Below, one piece after another: positions 1 to 9,098 of a stretch of DNA of 64,000 bases. The position numbers and the translations under genes were made by a program. Positions within the stretch are counted from its first letter, which is position 1. Every line of letters starts with the position of its first letter. Source of the stretch: a virus. Under the pieces are notes generated by a model. It worked only from the letters and a program-made list of their open reading frames with translations, ran no database searches and was not told the origin of the DNA. The stretch covers positions 4,542 to 68,541 of the IMG/VR virus record IMGVR_UViG_3300034012_002457, one strand, 5' to 3'.

Positions 1-20
1 AATATAAGGATAGTTCTGGC

Positions 21-275
21 GTGCCAGTAAGTATGAGTGGATATACTGTTGTTTCTAAGCTTTATAATCGACTTGGCACTGCAAAGCTTGCGGATTTTTC
101 GGTTAATTATGTAAGCCAAGCTAGCGGTATTTTCAAGATTCGCCTAGAAGCATCTGGCACAAGTGGAATTACAGAACAAGGTCAATATGATGTTTTAATA
201 ACAGAGCCAAGTGGGGATGTGTATTATTTGCTAGAAGGCAATGCCTATATCAATCCTGGGATTAGTTGCAAATGA
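21..275 (+). CDS. Virion/tail-associated protein, probably the 3' part of a gene starting before the window
   Basis: ORF with a YDVLIT...YYLLEG pattern typical of baseplate/tail accessory proteins; lies directly before the fibre genes. Confidence 0.5.
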   Translation: MPVSMSGYTVVSKLYNRLGTAKLADFSVNYVSQASGIFKIRLEASGTSGITEQGQYDVLITEPSGDVYYLLEGNAYINPGISCK

Positions 276-568
276 CAGTTGTCGTAGGATCTTCTGATAG
301 CATTGTTAATGTTACAACGGCATCTGCCCCAATTGTAACAACTAGTGCCGTAGGGCCTCAAGGGGCTCAAGGTCCTCAAGGGCCTGCCGGCCCTCAAGGG
401 CCTCAAGGGCCAGCGGGTCCCCAGGGCCCTGCTGGACCAGCCGGCCTAGTTGTCAATGATGCAGATAAAATAGATAAAAGTGTGGTGTATTACGACAGCG
501 CCACTTCCACATTTAAAGCAGATTCAATCTGGACTGCTATCACCCTTGCTGACGGAGGCAATTTTTAA
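266..568 (+). CDS. Collagen-like (Gly-X-Y) tail fibre/adaptor protein
   Basis: About 10 GPQ/GPA triplets; C-terminal DGGNF motif. Confidence 0.8.
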   Translation: MQMTVVVGSSDSIVNVTTASAPIVTTSAVGPQGAQGPQGPAGPQGPQGPAGPQGPAGPAGLVVNDADKIDKSVVYYDSATSTFKADSIWTAITLADGGNF

Positions 569-2121
569 TGGCCAACACTCTTCGCATTAAACGACGCGCC
601 TCCGGCTCTCCTGGGGCACCAGCATCACTGGCAAATGCCGAACTTGCTTACAACGAAGTTGATGATGTTCTTTATTACGGTAAGGGAACAGGAGGAGCAG
701 GTGGCACTGCCACTACGGTTCCGGCCATTGCTGGTTCTGGTGCATTTTTAACACTAAGTAGCGCTCAAACTGTTTCAGGAAATAAAACATTCACTGGAAG
801 CGTTGACTTAACTGGCTCTAGCGCAACGGCTGCCACTGCAACCACAAGCGATAGTAGCACCAAAATCGCTACCACAGCTTTTGTTAAGGCCCAGAATTAT
901 TTAACAGGTAACCAGACAATCACTTTTACTGGTGATGCATCCGGCTCTGGTTCAACTTCTGTCACTCTGACACTGGCCAACGCCGGCACGGCTGGCACTT
1001 ACACCAAAGTCACCACTGATGCGAAAGGTCGTGTTACCTCCGGCACCACGCTCAGCGCCACCGACATCCCGACGCTGACGGCGGCCAAGATCAGCGACTT
1101 TGATACGCAGGTTCGCACCAACCGGCTGGATCAAATGGCGGTCCCGACCGCCTCGGTGTCGCTGAACAGCCAGAAGATTACCAACTTGGCCACGCCCACC
1201 GCTGATGGTGATGCCGCCACTAAAGCGTATGTGGATGCGTCTCGTAATGGTCTTGATGTAAAGGCCAGCGTCCGAGTTGCCACTACGGCCAATATCACGC
1301 TGTCTAGCACGCAAACCATCGACGGCGTGGCGGTAATTGCCGGCGACCGTGTGTTGGTCAAGGATCAAAGCACGGCCAGCGCCAATGGTATTTACGTGGT
1401 GGCAGCTAGCACCTGGTCTCGCGCCACTGATGCTGACACGGACGCCGAAGTCACCTCCGGCATGTTCACTTTTGTCGAGGAAGGCACAACTAATGCCGAC
1501 AGTGGTTGGGTGCTGAGCACTAACAACCCCATTGTTGTTGGCAGCACTTCGCTGACCTTTGCTCAATTCTCTGGAGCTGGTCAGATTACGGCTGGCGCAG
1601 GTCTGACCAAGACCGGCAACACCATTGACGCTGTTGGCACTTCTAACAGAATCACGGTTAATGCCGACTCCATCGACATTGCCTCCACCTATGTCGGCCA
1701 GACCAGCATCACCACGCTGGGCACCATCGGCACCGGCACCTGGAACGGCAGTGTCATCGGTGCAAGCTTTGGTGGCACTGGCGTTAACAATGGCTCTAGC
1801 ACGATCACGCTGGGCGGCAGTCTGACCTTCTCCGGCGCATTTACCACTTCTATTACGGTTACTGGCAATACAAGCGTGACGCTGCCAACCAGTGGCACTT
1901 TGGTTAATAGCGCGGTTACCACACTTTCAAGCCTTTCGTCTATTGGCACCATTACAACTGGCACTTGGAACGGCAGTACAATTGCTGTGGCTAATGGCGG
2001 CACCGGCGCCACTACGCTCACTGGTTTAGTGAAAGGGAATGGCACTTCAGCGTTTACTGCTGCAGTGGCAGGCACTGATTATCACGATACCAACTCGACC
2101 ATTGATGGCGGCACCTTCTAA
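568..2121 (+). CDS. Tail fibre protein
   Basis: Gly/Thr/Ser-rich; TKIATTAFV, YTKVTTDAKGRVT and VRVATTANITLS fibre motifs; repeated GTWNG and VANGGTG; ends in DGGTF. Confidence 0.9.
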   Translation: MANTLRIKRRASGSPGAPASLANAELAYNEVDDVLYYGKGTGGAGGTATTVPAIAGSGAFLTLSSAQTVSGNKTFTGSVDLTGSSATAATATTSDSSTKIATTAFVKAQNYLTGNQTITFTGDASGSGSTSVTLTLANAGTAGTYTKVTTDAKGRVTSGTTLSATDIPTLTAAKISDFDTQVRTNRLDQMAVPTASVSLNSQKITNLATPTADGDAATKAYVDASRNGLDVKASVRVATTANITLSSTQTIDGVAVIAGDRVLVKDQSTASANGIYVVAASTWSRATDADTDAEVTSGMFTFVEEGTTNADSGWVLSTNNPIVVGSTSLTFAQFSGAGQITAGAGLTKTGNTIDAVGTSNRITVNADSIDIASTYVGQTSITTLGTIGTGTWNGSVIGASFGGTGVNNGSSTITLGGSLTFSGAFTTSITVTGNTSVTLPTSGTLVNSAVTTLSSLSSIGTITTGTWNGSTIAVANGGTGATTLTGLVKGNGTSAFTAAVAGTDYHDTNSTIDGGTF

Positions 2122-2170
2122 GAAGGCAAAGCCATTTATCCTGCCTAAATAGGCTTTAAGAGGACGCCAC

Positions 2171-2863
2171 ATGGCAAATGTTATCAAGATTAAGCGCTCA
2201 GCCGTAGCCAGTAAAGTCCCTACTACTGGCGACTTGCAGCTTGGTGAGCTTGCAATTAACACATTTGACGGCAAACTTTATACAAAAAAAGATAATGGCA
2301 CCGCTTCCATTGTTGAAATTGGTGGCAGCAGCACAGGTGTTACAAGTTTTTCTGCTGGAACCACTGGTCTCACGCCAAGCAGTGCAACGACTGGTGCAGT
2401 TACGCTTGCTGGCACACTTGCTGTAGCTAACGGTGGCACGGGTGTTACTAGTAGCACGGGTTCGGGCAGCAACGTGCTGAGCACTAGCCCGACGTTGGTA
2501 ACCCCGCTGCTGGGCACGCCCACCTCCGGCACACTCACCAACTGCACCGGCTACACCTTTGCCAACATCGCCAGCAAGCCAACGACGCTCAGCGGCTACG
2601 GCATCACTGATGGTTTCAGCAATGCCGGCGGCAACGTCTCTGGTGATATCACCATGACAGGCACTGGCGCCATCAAGGTTGCCAACGGCACGACGGCCCA
2701 GCGCCCAACACCTGCCTCAGGCCACCTCCGTTACAATACAACGCTTGGATGTCTTGAAGCCTATGTCCAAAGTGCATGGCAAATTATTGCTAATACTGCA
2801 TTGGATTATGGTTTAATTACCACTGCTGCTGACACCACTTTTGATTACGGAGCCCTGGTCTAA
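2171..2863 (+). CDS. Tail fibre protein
   Basis: N-terminal IKIKRS...GELAIN..DGKLY domain; KPTTLSGYGITD and GTTAQRP..LRYNTT fibre motifs. Confidence 0.85.
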   Translation: MANVIKIKRSAVASKVPTTGDLQLGELAINTFDGKLYTKKDNGTASIVEIGGSSTGVTSFSAGTTGLTPSSATTGAVTLAGTLAVANGGTGVTSSTGSGSNVLSTSPTLVTPLLGTPTSGTLTNCTGYTFANIASKPTTLSGYGITDGFSNAGGNVSGDITMTGTGAIKVANGTTAQRPTPASGHLRYNTTLGCLEAYVQSAWQIIANTALDYGLITTAADTTFDYGALV

Positions 2864-3360
2864 TGCCTACCGCCGTTCAGTTCCGCAGAGGAACCACCAC
2901 CCAGCATTCTAGTTTTACCGGCGCCCTTGGCGAGGTCACTGTTGACACTGACAAGGACGTTGTTGTTGTCCATGATGGCAGTCTTGCTGGCGGCTATCCA
3001 ATGGCCGGCACATCTATTGCCCAAACTTTTAGCAAGGCTCAACGTGGTGCAATCACTGCACTCACTGATGGTGCCACCATTACGCCTGATTTTTCTGCGG
3101 CGAATAATTTTAGTGTTACGCTTGGTGGTAATCGAACCTTAGCCAATCCCACAAATATTACCGCTGGCCAGAGCGGCATCATTGTAATTACGCAAGATGG
3201 CACAGGAAGTCGGACGCTGGCATTTGGCTCCAATTGGAAATTCCCAAACGGCACCGCTCCAACATTAACGACAACAGCAAGCAAGATTGACGTGTTGGCA
3301 TATTATTGCGAGTCTGCATCGAGAATTAGTGCTCAATTGCTGACGAACATGGGCGGTTAA
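2863..3360 (+). CDS. Tail fibre protein with Mtd-like N-terminal domain
   Basis: VQFRRGTT.QHSSFTGA.GEVTVDTDK.VVVHDG resembles the major tropism determinant N-terminal domain; C-terminal domain paralogous to the end of 63189..63968. Confidence 0.8.
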   Translation: MPTAVQFRRGTTTQHSSFTGALGEVTVDTDKDVVVVHDGSLAGGYPMAGTSIAQTFSKAQRGAITALTDGATITPDFSAANNFSVTLGGNRTLANPTNITAGQSGIIVITQDGTGSRTLAFGSNWKFPNGTAPTLTTTASKIDVLAYYCESASRISAQLLTNMGG

Positions 3361-3417
3361 GTCGATTTAATGCAATCAATGTTGTATGGTCAAGGGAGTA
3401 AAGCTTCATTCGCAGCC

Positions 3418-3612
3418 ATGTCTTTTTCCATTGACGATAAATGGTACGAGCAAAAAACTGAAATGCTTTCAGAGGCTCTTCAGGAGCTTCTTACGGACGG
3501 CGATGCAGCCAAAGCCAAGCAAGGGCTGATTGATGCCATTGCTTCGTGGACCAGCTATCACGAAGAAGAGCTGGCCAAATGGAACCGGCTTAAAGCTCTT
3601 CTGGGCCTTTGA
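3418..3612 (+). CDS. Hypothetical protein
   Basis: ORF; ATG at 3418 preferred over the upstream start at 3370. Confidence 0.6.
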   Translation: MSFSIDDKWYEQKTEMLSEALQELLTDGDAAKAKQGLIDAIASWTSYHEEELAKWNRLKALLGL

Positions 3613-3994
3613 GCTGATAGGTGATACGAAGCTCTCCTCCGAGAGCCTTCACAGCTTCGCTGGCATCCGCTGGCGGGGCTTTTTCAATCATGACGGACGG
3701 AACAATGGCATCAGACAAGGGTGTGACAATGGCATCAGGGAAAAGCTTTTTAGCTTGATCAGCTAAAGCATTGGCTTTTGTTTCTCTTTCTTCCTTTTCC
3801 CATTGTTTTACTAATACTGCCGCTTGTTCATCCACTTTTTCCATGACAATTTTGGTTTTCCACTCTGCCCAATCTGGCCGGCAGTAGGCCATGAGCATTT
3901 TGAACCATGGTTGAAAAGCAAGAGAGGGCCGTTTGGTAACGGCCCATAATCCTATTTCGTAGCACAGAGCATTAAACCAGCTTTGCCCGCTCAT
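3590..3994 (-). CDS. Hypothetical protein in lysis operon
   Basis: ORF coupled (4-bp overlap) to the endolysin stop. Confidence 0.6.
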   Translation of the reverse strand: MSGQSWFNALCYEIGLWAVTKRPSLAFQPWFKMLMAYCRPDWAEWKTKIVMEKVDEQAAVLVKQWEKEERETKANALADQAKKLFPDAIVTPLSDAIVPSVMIEKAPPADASEAVKALGGELRITYQLKGPEEL

Positions 3995-4935
3995 CCTTCT
4001 TGATAGACACTGACAAAGACAGTGCCAGTTTTAGTGAGGGGAAGAATGCGATCACGAAGATCAATATTATGACAGCGCACGCAACCATGTGTTGGGAAAA
4101 GAGGTTGCTTGGGTGCCCATGCGCCAGGCCAGCCGCATGCGCTGCCGCCACCATGGATCATAATCCCAGCCCGACCATTGCCAGCTTCTTGATTTTCCAG
4201 CTCTACTAAATCAAAACTGTACCAGCCATAGGCCATCAGCGTGCGATCATAGGCAGGCTTGTTTCCTTTTTTCTCATAGTCTTTATAAATGGCACCAACT
4301 TTGTAAAGCCCAGGAGGCGTGTCTGAATTTTGCAGCTTAAATTCATTGTCAGAATATTGCCCGCGAGCAAGACAAGGAATTTCCCATAAAAATTCGCCTT
4401 CAAAATTAAAGGCTTTCATTGTTTCACTAATGTCATTAACAATGAGATGGGAATCTCCTTTTTTAAAGCCAAACTGTTGAGGCTTTTTCTTGGGACCAAT
4501 CATGATAATTTGTGTGGATTCAGGAGCATATTCCTTCATTAGCTTAGATAGCTTCGTTGGATAGTCGGGATCAGTGGCATAGCGCTGCTCCTTTAATGCA
4601 CGAGCTGCTGCATAACGATTGGGCGCGTTATTAATGCCTTTAAAATGGCGATAGTCTTTATACCAACGAGTGACAAGATAATCAATGCATGCAGCAAGGC
4701 TGGGAAAATCAATAAAACCAGCCTTAATGGTCACCCACTGACCGTCGTACCATTCTTGAGTGGTTGTGGCAGTGCCAGGTCCCTTCAAGCCAAGATAATT
4801 GTTTTTGCCACTAGTGCGCTTACCAAAGCCACTTTCTAAGCAGCATTGTGCTGCGACAAGCTCGGGATAGCGAGCGCCGCAACGACGGGCTGTCTGGAAG
4901 CATTCATCCCAGAATGCCCTATTGTTAGCCCACAT
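3991..4935 (-). CDS. Endolysin: GH73/FlgJ-type glucosaminidase fused to a YkuD L,D-transpeptidase-like domain
   Basis: AQCCLESGFG..NNYLGLKG and YATDPDY (GH73); TPPG.Y, IMIHGG...THGCVR (YkuD HxxxCxR). Confidence 0.85.
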   Translation of the reverse strand: MWANNRAFWDECFQTARRCGARYPELVAAQCCLESGFGKRTSGKNNYLGLKGPGTATTTQEWYDGQWVTIKAGFIDFPSLAACIDYLVTRWYKDYRHFKGINNAPNRYAAARALKEQRYATDPDYPTKLSKLMKEYAPESTQIIMIGPKKKPQQFGFKKGDSHLIVNDISETMKAFNFEGEFLWEIPCLARGQYSDNEFKLQNSDTPPGLYKVGAIYKDYEKKGNKPAYDRTLMAYGWYSFDLVELENQEAGNGRAGIMIHGGGSACGWPGAWAPKQPLFPTHGCVRCHNIDLRDRILPLTKTGTVFVSVYQEG

Positions 4936-4944
4936 GGCTAAGCC

Positions 4945-5088
4945 TCAGTTCTTCACGCGGAAGACAGTCTTCAGTCCTTCCATGAGGAGTTGAAGCACGT
5001 TGTTACTTTTCCAGGGAGAACGATCAAGAATTTGATCGGCGGCGGCAATTAAAATACCACCAATAACAAACCACTCAGCTCCGCCCAT
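4945..5088 (-). CDS. Small membrane protein, putative holin
   Basis: Manually read 47-aa ORF MGGAEWFVIGGILIAAADQILDRSPWKSNNVLQLLMEGLKTVFRVKN directly upstream of the endolysin. Confidence 0.6.
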   Translation of the reverse strand: MGGAEWFVIGGILIAAADQILDRSPWKSNNVLQLLMEGLKTVFRVKN

Positions 5089-5116
5089 TGTTATAAAGCG
5101 AATTTATATCTTTAGC

Positions 5117-5326
5117 TTAGCGTCGAATTTCCAATGAACGCACTCTACTTTCTAAAGCCGTAATATTTTCAGTGAGTGTGTCAAGCTTTTCCGTGATGCT
5201 TTCAATTTGCGTGGCCACTTTTACCTGCTGATGCCCAACTGTAACCAGCATTGCGCCAGTGGATAGCAGCATGCCAGCCGTTAATGTGGCCACAAAATTA
5301 GCAAAACCTTCTTGAAAGCTTTTCAT
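5117..5326 (-). CDS. Membrane-anchored coiled-coil protein (lysis cassette)
   Basis: One hydrophobic segment followed by a heptad pattern. Confidence 0.55.
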   Translation of the reverse strand: MKSFQEGFANFVATLTAGMLLSTGAMLVTVGHQQVKVATQIESITEKLDTLTENITALESRVRSLEIRR

Positions 5327-5413
5327 TGCTGGCAGCGCATTTATCAATTATAGACATTCTCAGCAGGGCAAATTTAGCGGTTAGATTAGTGGCAAGAAAA
5401 TTAAATATGCGCC

Positions 5414-5893
5414 ATGCCAATTGCGAATGGTCCCGATGAGCTATTACATTCTCTCATTGAACTTCGCCCTGGAGATGCACGACGCCGATTTAGAAAGAGC
5501 ATTTTTGAAGACTATCCGTTGAAAGGACCGTTCGGGCAGTGTGCCTGCGCCTACTGCGGCAAGTGGAACGAAAAGCTTACTTTGGACCACATTGTTCCCA
5601 AAAGCAAGGGCGGTCCGCATTTTGCAAAATATAACTTAGTGCCATCTTGCAAAAGCTGTAATTTAGACAAAGGGGCAGAGCGTATTTTTGAATGGTGGAG
5701 GCCGCAACAATTTTGGACGCCTCGTCGAGAAGAAATTTTGACGAGCTGGGTGCATTGCCATAGCTTTGTCAGCGCTCACACCTCCCTGCAAGATGTGGAG
5801 GCATATGCCGAGGATCGCGGCCTTTATATTCCTTCGCAAGAAAAAGCCCCCATTGTTGGGGGCTTTCTATTAGGAACAGTTTGCGCTGCTTAG
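5414..5893 (+). CDS. HNH endonuclease
   Basis: CAYCG...TLDHIVPKSKGG...NLVPSCKSCNLDKG. Confidence 0.9.
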   Translation: MPIANGPDELLHSLIELRPGDARRRFRKSIFEDYPLKGPFGQCACAYCGKWNEKLTLDHIVPKSKGGPHFAKYNLVPSCKSCNLDKGAERIFEWWRPQQFWTPRREEILTSWVHCHSFVSAHTSLQDVEAYAEDRGLYIPSQEKAPIVGGFLLGTVCAA

Positions 5894-6261
5894 CAATCGT
5901 TAATAGGAGAGAACATGGGCTCATCAATTGCCCTTTCTCCAATGCGAGCGCCAGGCATGGGGCAGAAGCCATCTTTGCAATTGTTTTCAATGGCATCAAG
6001 GGCTTCCTTCTCTTGCTCCATTTCCATGGCAAAAATGAGAGCCTTTAGATACCACTTGGCTTTCTTTAAATCTTCTAAGCCGTTTTTGTTTTCATAGCGC
6101 CAAATATATTTGAGCACATTGCCCTTAAGAAAGCCACGAAAGGCTTCAGGGCTCATGCAAGCTTCTAGTGCTTCAATGGCCTCGATGCCACCAGATGCAT
6201 AGTGCATGGGGCTGTTAACTGGATCAAACACTTTAGGGCGACCTTCAAAAGGAACAGTCAT
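5890..6261 (-). CDS. DUF3310 family protein (T7 gp1.7-like nucleotide kinase family)
   Basis: DPVNSPMHY..GGIEAIE...GNVLKYIWRYENKNGLEDLKKAKWYL; start MTVPF at 6261. Confidence 0.85.
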   Translation of the reverse strand: MTVPFEGRPKVFDPVNSPMHYASGGIEAIEALEACMSPEAFRGFLKGNVLKYIWRYENKNGLEDLKKAKWYLKALIFAMEMEQEKEALDAIENNCKDGFCPMPGARIGERAIDEPMFSPINDC

Positions 6262-6961
6262 TGGCTTCAAAAGCATCAAAAGCCTCTCGGAACAGAGGCC
6301 GTGCCAGCAAGGATAGTGCCTGAGCATAGGCTTGGATTTCACCTTGAGCATCTGCTGGTGAGCGAAGGCTGATGAAATGCAGCAATGCTTGCAAACTACA
6401 GGTCCAGGTGAAGGAAGTATAGAGCGACGTGGGCAGTACGCCACGAGCTTGTTCTTTACTCACACCAAGCGCCATGAGCGTCTGATAAGCGCCTTTGGCG
6501 GCCTGCAAGCCCTTGGCATATTCAATCATGGCTATCTCATTGGAGCGGCCTTCCAGGGGGCCGGCTGAGGCTTGTTTATTGCTATCGCTTTGCTGGCGAA
6601 ACTCACGAGGCATGTAAAATTCCTCACTATCAGCTTCACAATATCTAAAGCTTTTCTCATTCCAGCCCAATTGGTCATTGGCATAAGTGCCGCCAATAAC
6701 GTGCTTCCACCATTGCCGAGCAATGAAGAGAGGAGCTTTAACTTGCCACTTTGTTACAACACCACGAAACGGGCTGGTATGTTGATGCTTAACTAAATAA
6801 TTCAGGAGTTTTTGATCTTTCTCCGACCATTCAGCGCTGCTTTGGCCAAAAGATTGGCGAGCATCGCAGACGATATCAATAGAACTGCCCATCCAGTCAA
6901 TAAGACGCACAAAGCTGATGCCATCGTTCAAAGGATCAATAGAGGAGTTAATGGGAGCCAT
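6245..6961 (-). CDS. thyX: FAD-dependent thymidylate synthase
   Basis: HTSPF, PLFIARQWWKH, NEKSFRY, EQARGVLP, FISLR..AQGEI. Confidence 0.92.
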   Translation of the reverse strand: MAPINSSIDPLNDGISFVRLIDWMGSSIDIVCDARQSFGQSSAEWSEKDQKLLNYLVKHQHTSPFRGVVTKWQVKAPLFIARQWWKHVIGGTYANDQLGWNEKSFRYCEADSEEFYMPREFRQQSDSNKQASAGPLEGRSNEIAMIEYAKGLQAAKGAYQTLMALGVSKEQARGVLPTSLYTSFTWTCSLQALLHFISLRSPADAQGEIQAYAQALSLLARPLFREAFDAFEANDCSF

Positions 6962-7307
6962 GAAACAGAGAGGCCGGGCGCAAACGCTGCAAGCTGATTG
7001 TAGGCGAGATCTTGGTTTCTGAATGCCAGACAACTACTGCCCGTTTCTTTCCACCATTAAAAACAAAACCAATGAGAGTACCGACAATGCTAGTCAGCAT
7101 CCATCCTGCTGCTGTTGGCTGCACATATACCACTTCTTCTCCAGGGCACCATTCGTGATCGCGTGGGGTGTGTGGAAGCTGAAATGGACGGTGCTCCGTA
7201 GCTTTAATTACGGCTTTCTTTCCATCGTCCACCTTGTAAACAAACTGTCTGCCATAGCCCCTCCTGGTTAGGCTAAAGCAAACAGTTTTGGAATAATGTC
7301 CACGCAT
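6948..7307 (-). CDS. Hypothetical protein (start uncertain)
   Basis: ORF overlapping the thyX start. Confidence 0.45.
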   Translation of the reverse strand: MRGHYSKTVCFSLTRRGYGRQFVYKVDDGKKAVIKATEHRPFQLPHTPRDHEWCPGEEVVYVQPTAAGWMLTSIVGTLIGFVFNGGKKRAVVVWHSETKISPTISLQRLRPASLFHGSH

Positions 7308-7667
7308 TTCTCTATTCCAGTAGAGTTAAGCTATCAAGGCCGTCCTTACATTGCTGCCATGGGTCCGTTTGAACGCAGTTTAGAAAGAGACTTCGCTTTG
7401 GCTGCCAATAAGCGTGCCATTGCAGAATGCTCTGACGTGGAAAAACTGCGGGAAGTGGCAGTAAATTTAATGGAAGGTTGGTCCAACATGCAAGAGGCTG
7501 TGGGCTCGTTGGTTAAGGAAAACCTGGAGCTGCGTCAAGCCATGTCCGTGAAAGAATGGGATTTGCAAGCTGCTGCTGAACTGCTCGATGAAGCTACGCA
7601 AATGGTCAATGACGAAGTGCAGCGGCAATCTTCTCAAGCCAAAAGGCGTCTTTGGCCGTTTGGCTAG
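7296..7667 (+). CDS. Hypothetical protein with NblA-like helical segment
   Basis: SLERDFAL...DVEKLREVAVNL...SLVK resembles the NblA pattern by eye. Confidence 0.45.
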   Translation: MSTHFSIPVELSYQGRPYIAAMGPFERSLERDFALAANKRAIAECSDVEKLREVAVNLMEGWSNMQEAVGSLVKENLELRQAMSVKEWDLQAAAELLDEATQMVNDEVQRQSSQAKRRLWPFG

Positions 7668-7965
7668 TCAATAAAAACACTCTCCATCCTCCCATTGTGG
7701 CGAGGTTGAACTTTCGGGCATCACGCTCATAACCACTGCCGGTAACGTGACGGCCTCGATTGAAAGTTCCGCCTTGGATTTCAATGAGGCTATTGGATGG
7801 GAGGTGAGCGAAGTCAGCCCGATAACGCTTAGATCGTTTTGATTTTGCATAGCGCTCTTGAAAATCAGCTTCCCAAGTGGGAACATCACTGAATTCTCTG
7901 ATCAATGTAAGATCGGGATAGTGAGCTTGCCACAGTCCGAGAAACTGATCTTCAAGGGCACTCAC
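7606..7965 (-). CDS. PD-(D/E)XK endonuclease (DUF559/Vsr-like, possible resolvase)
   Basis: YRADF...IEIQGG...RH...YERDARKFN.A...GWRV. Confidence 0.75.
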   Translation of the reverse strand: MSALEDQFLGLWQAHYPDLTLIREFSDVPTWEADFQERYAKSKRSKRYRADFAHLPSNSLIEIQGGTFNRGRHVTGSGYERDARKFNLATMGGWRVFLLTSQTAKDAFWLEKIAAALRH

Positions 7966-7968
7966 GCA

Positions 7969-8553
7969 TCAGACGGCAGCGAAAGATACTTTAGCGCCTT
8001 GATTCTGATACTTTCCTTTGCCATAGGCTTGGCCTACGTCGCCAGAAAGCTGCATAAACATGATTTGCACTATGCCTTCATTGGCATAAATGCGAGCCGG
8101 AAAAGCCAGGGGATTGACAATACAAATAGTGAGAAAGCCAGACCAACCAGGCTCAATTGGCGTAACGTTAATGATGGTGCCTTGACGTGCATACGTACTT
8201 TTCCCATCGCATATGCCCATCACATTGTTGGGCATCGTGATGCGTTCAAGACTAACGCCTAATGCGTAGGAAAAAGGAGGTAAAACAAAGAAAGTGCTGC
8301 CCAGTTCTTCGATGGGCGTCGCTTCATACATGACGCCCTCGTCAAACTTCTTCACATCTAGCGCCTTGGCTTCTTGGTTGTTGTTGATGACCATGAAGCC
8401 CTTGGGAGACAGGCGGAGGTCGTAACCAGCGTGCGACAAACCGTAGGACAATGCCTTGGTGCCATTGTCAAGCTCACGGCGCTTTTCGCCAGTGAAGGGG
8501 AAGATGATGTCGTTTTCAGCGAGGATGCTGATTTCCTTGTCAGCGAGAAGCAT
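7969..8553 (-). CDS. dcd: dCTP deaminase
   Basis: SYGLSHAGYDLRL, GKSTYARQG, TPIEPGWSG, YANEGIVQ, GKYQNQ. Confidence 0.93.
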   Translation of the reverse strand: MLLADKEISILAENDIIFPFTGEKRRELDNGTKALSYGLSHAGYDLRLSPKGFMVINNNQEAKALDVKKFDEGVMYEATPIEELGSTFFVLPPFSYALGVSLERITMPNNVMGICDGKSTYARQGTIINVTPIEPGWSGFLTICIVNPLAFPARIYANEGIVQIMFMQLSGDVGQAYGKGKYQNQGAKVSFAAV

Positions 8554-8740
8554 CGTTTGAAGAGCGAGAGAACAAGCCCATGGTGAGCCAAACAAGAATT
8601 GCAGCAGGCCAAAAAGGCACGGACGGCCAGATTGCCTGGACCGCCCATGCCCCTAAACAAGCCGCTCCAAAACTAACGCCCAAGACAATGCCAACTGCCA
8701 AAAGGTAGATTGGCCAGTCAATGGGTTCGGAGCGCTTCAT
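8540..8740 (-). CDS. Small membrane protein
   Basis: Two hydrophobic segments. Confidence 0.6.
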   Translation of the reverse strand: MKRSEPIDWPIYLLAVGIVLGVSFGAACLGAWAVQAIWPSVPFWPAAILVWLTMGLFSRSSNDASR

Positions 8741-8742
8741 GA

Positions 8743-9027
8743 TCAGAACAGATCGTCAGAAGACGAGGAGCGGCTGCTGCTGCCAGCGCCGTTGCCATCG
8801 TTCTTCCAGAAGCTGGAATAAGCCTTGGGGCTGTTCTCCATCTTGTTGACGGTCACTTGCCCTTTGTAATGAGGGGAAGTGTCCTTATCGCGCTTGTCGT
8901 TGTCCCACAGCGCCACGCGGAAGCTGTAGTTACCTTGGGCGTTGGGGCCGGCTTTTTTAGCAGCATTGAGAATGTCGGGAGTGAGATCGACGGTGCCGCT
9001 AAATACGGGCAGATTGCCAGAGGGCAT
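8743..9027 (-). CDS. Putative single-stranded DNA-binding protein
   Basis: Small beta-rich protein (PHYKGQV) with a flexible tail ending in DDLF; in an operon with exonuclease and Sak. Confidence 0.65.
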   Translation of the reverse strand: MPSGNLPVFSGTVDLTPDILNAAKKAGPNAQGNYSFRVALWDNDKRDKDTSPHYKGQVTVNKMENSPKAYSSFWKNDGNGAGSSSRSSSSDDLF

Positions 9028-9098
9028 TGGTTGTTCCTCAAAGGAGTGTAGTGGGCCCTGGACGGGCTGCTCCAGCTTAAGCCCGTTTCACCAAAAGG

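Noticed and set aside
2863-3360. Diversity-generating retroelement suggested by the Mtd-like domain
   Set aside because: Only the N-terminal domain is present; no reverse transcriptase or adenine-variable TR/VR pair seen in the window
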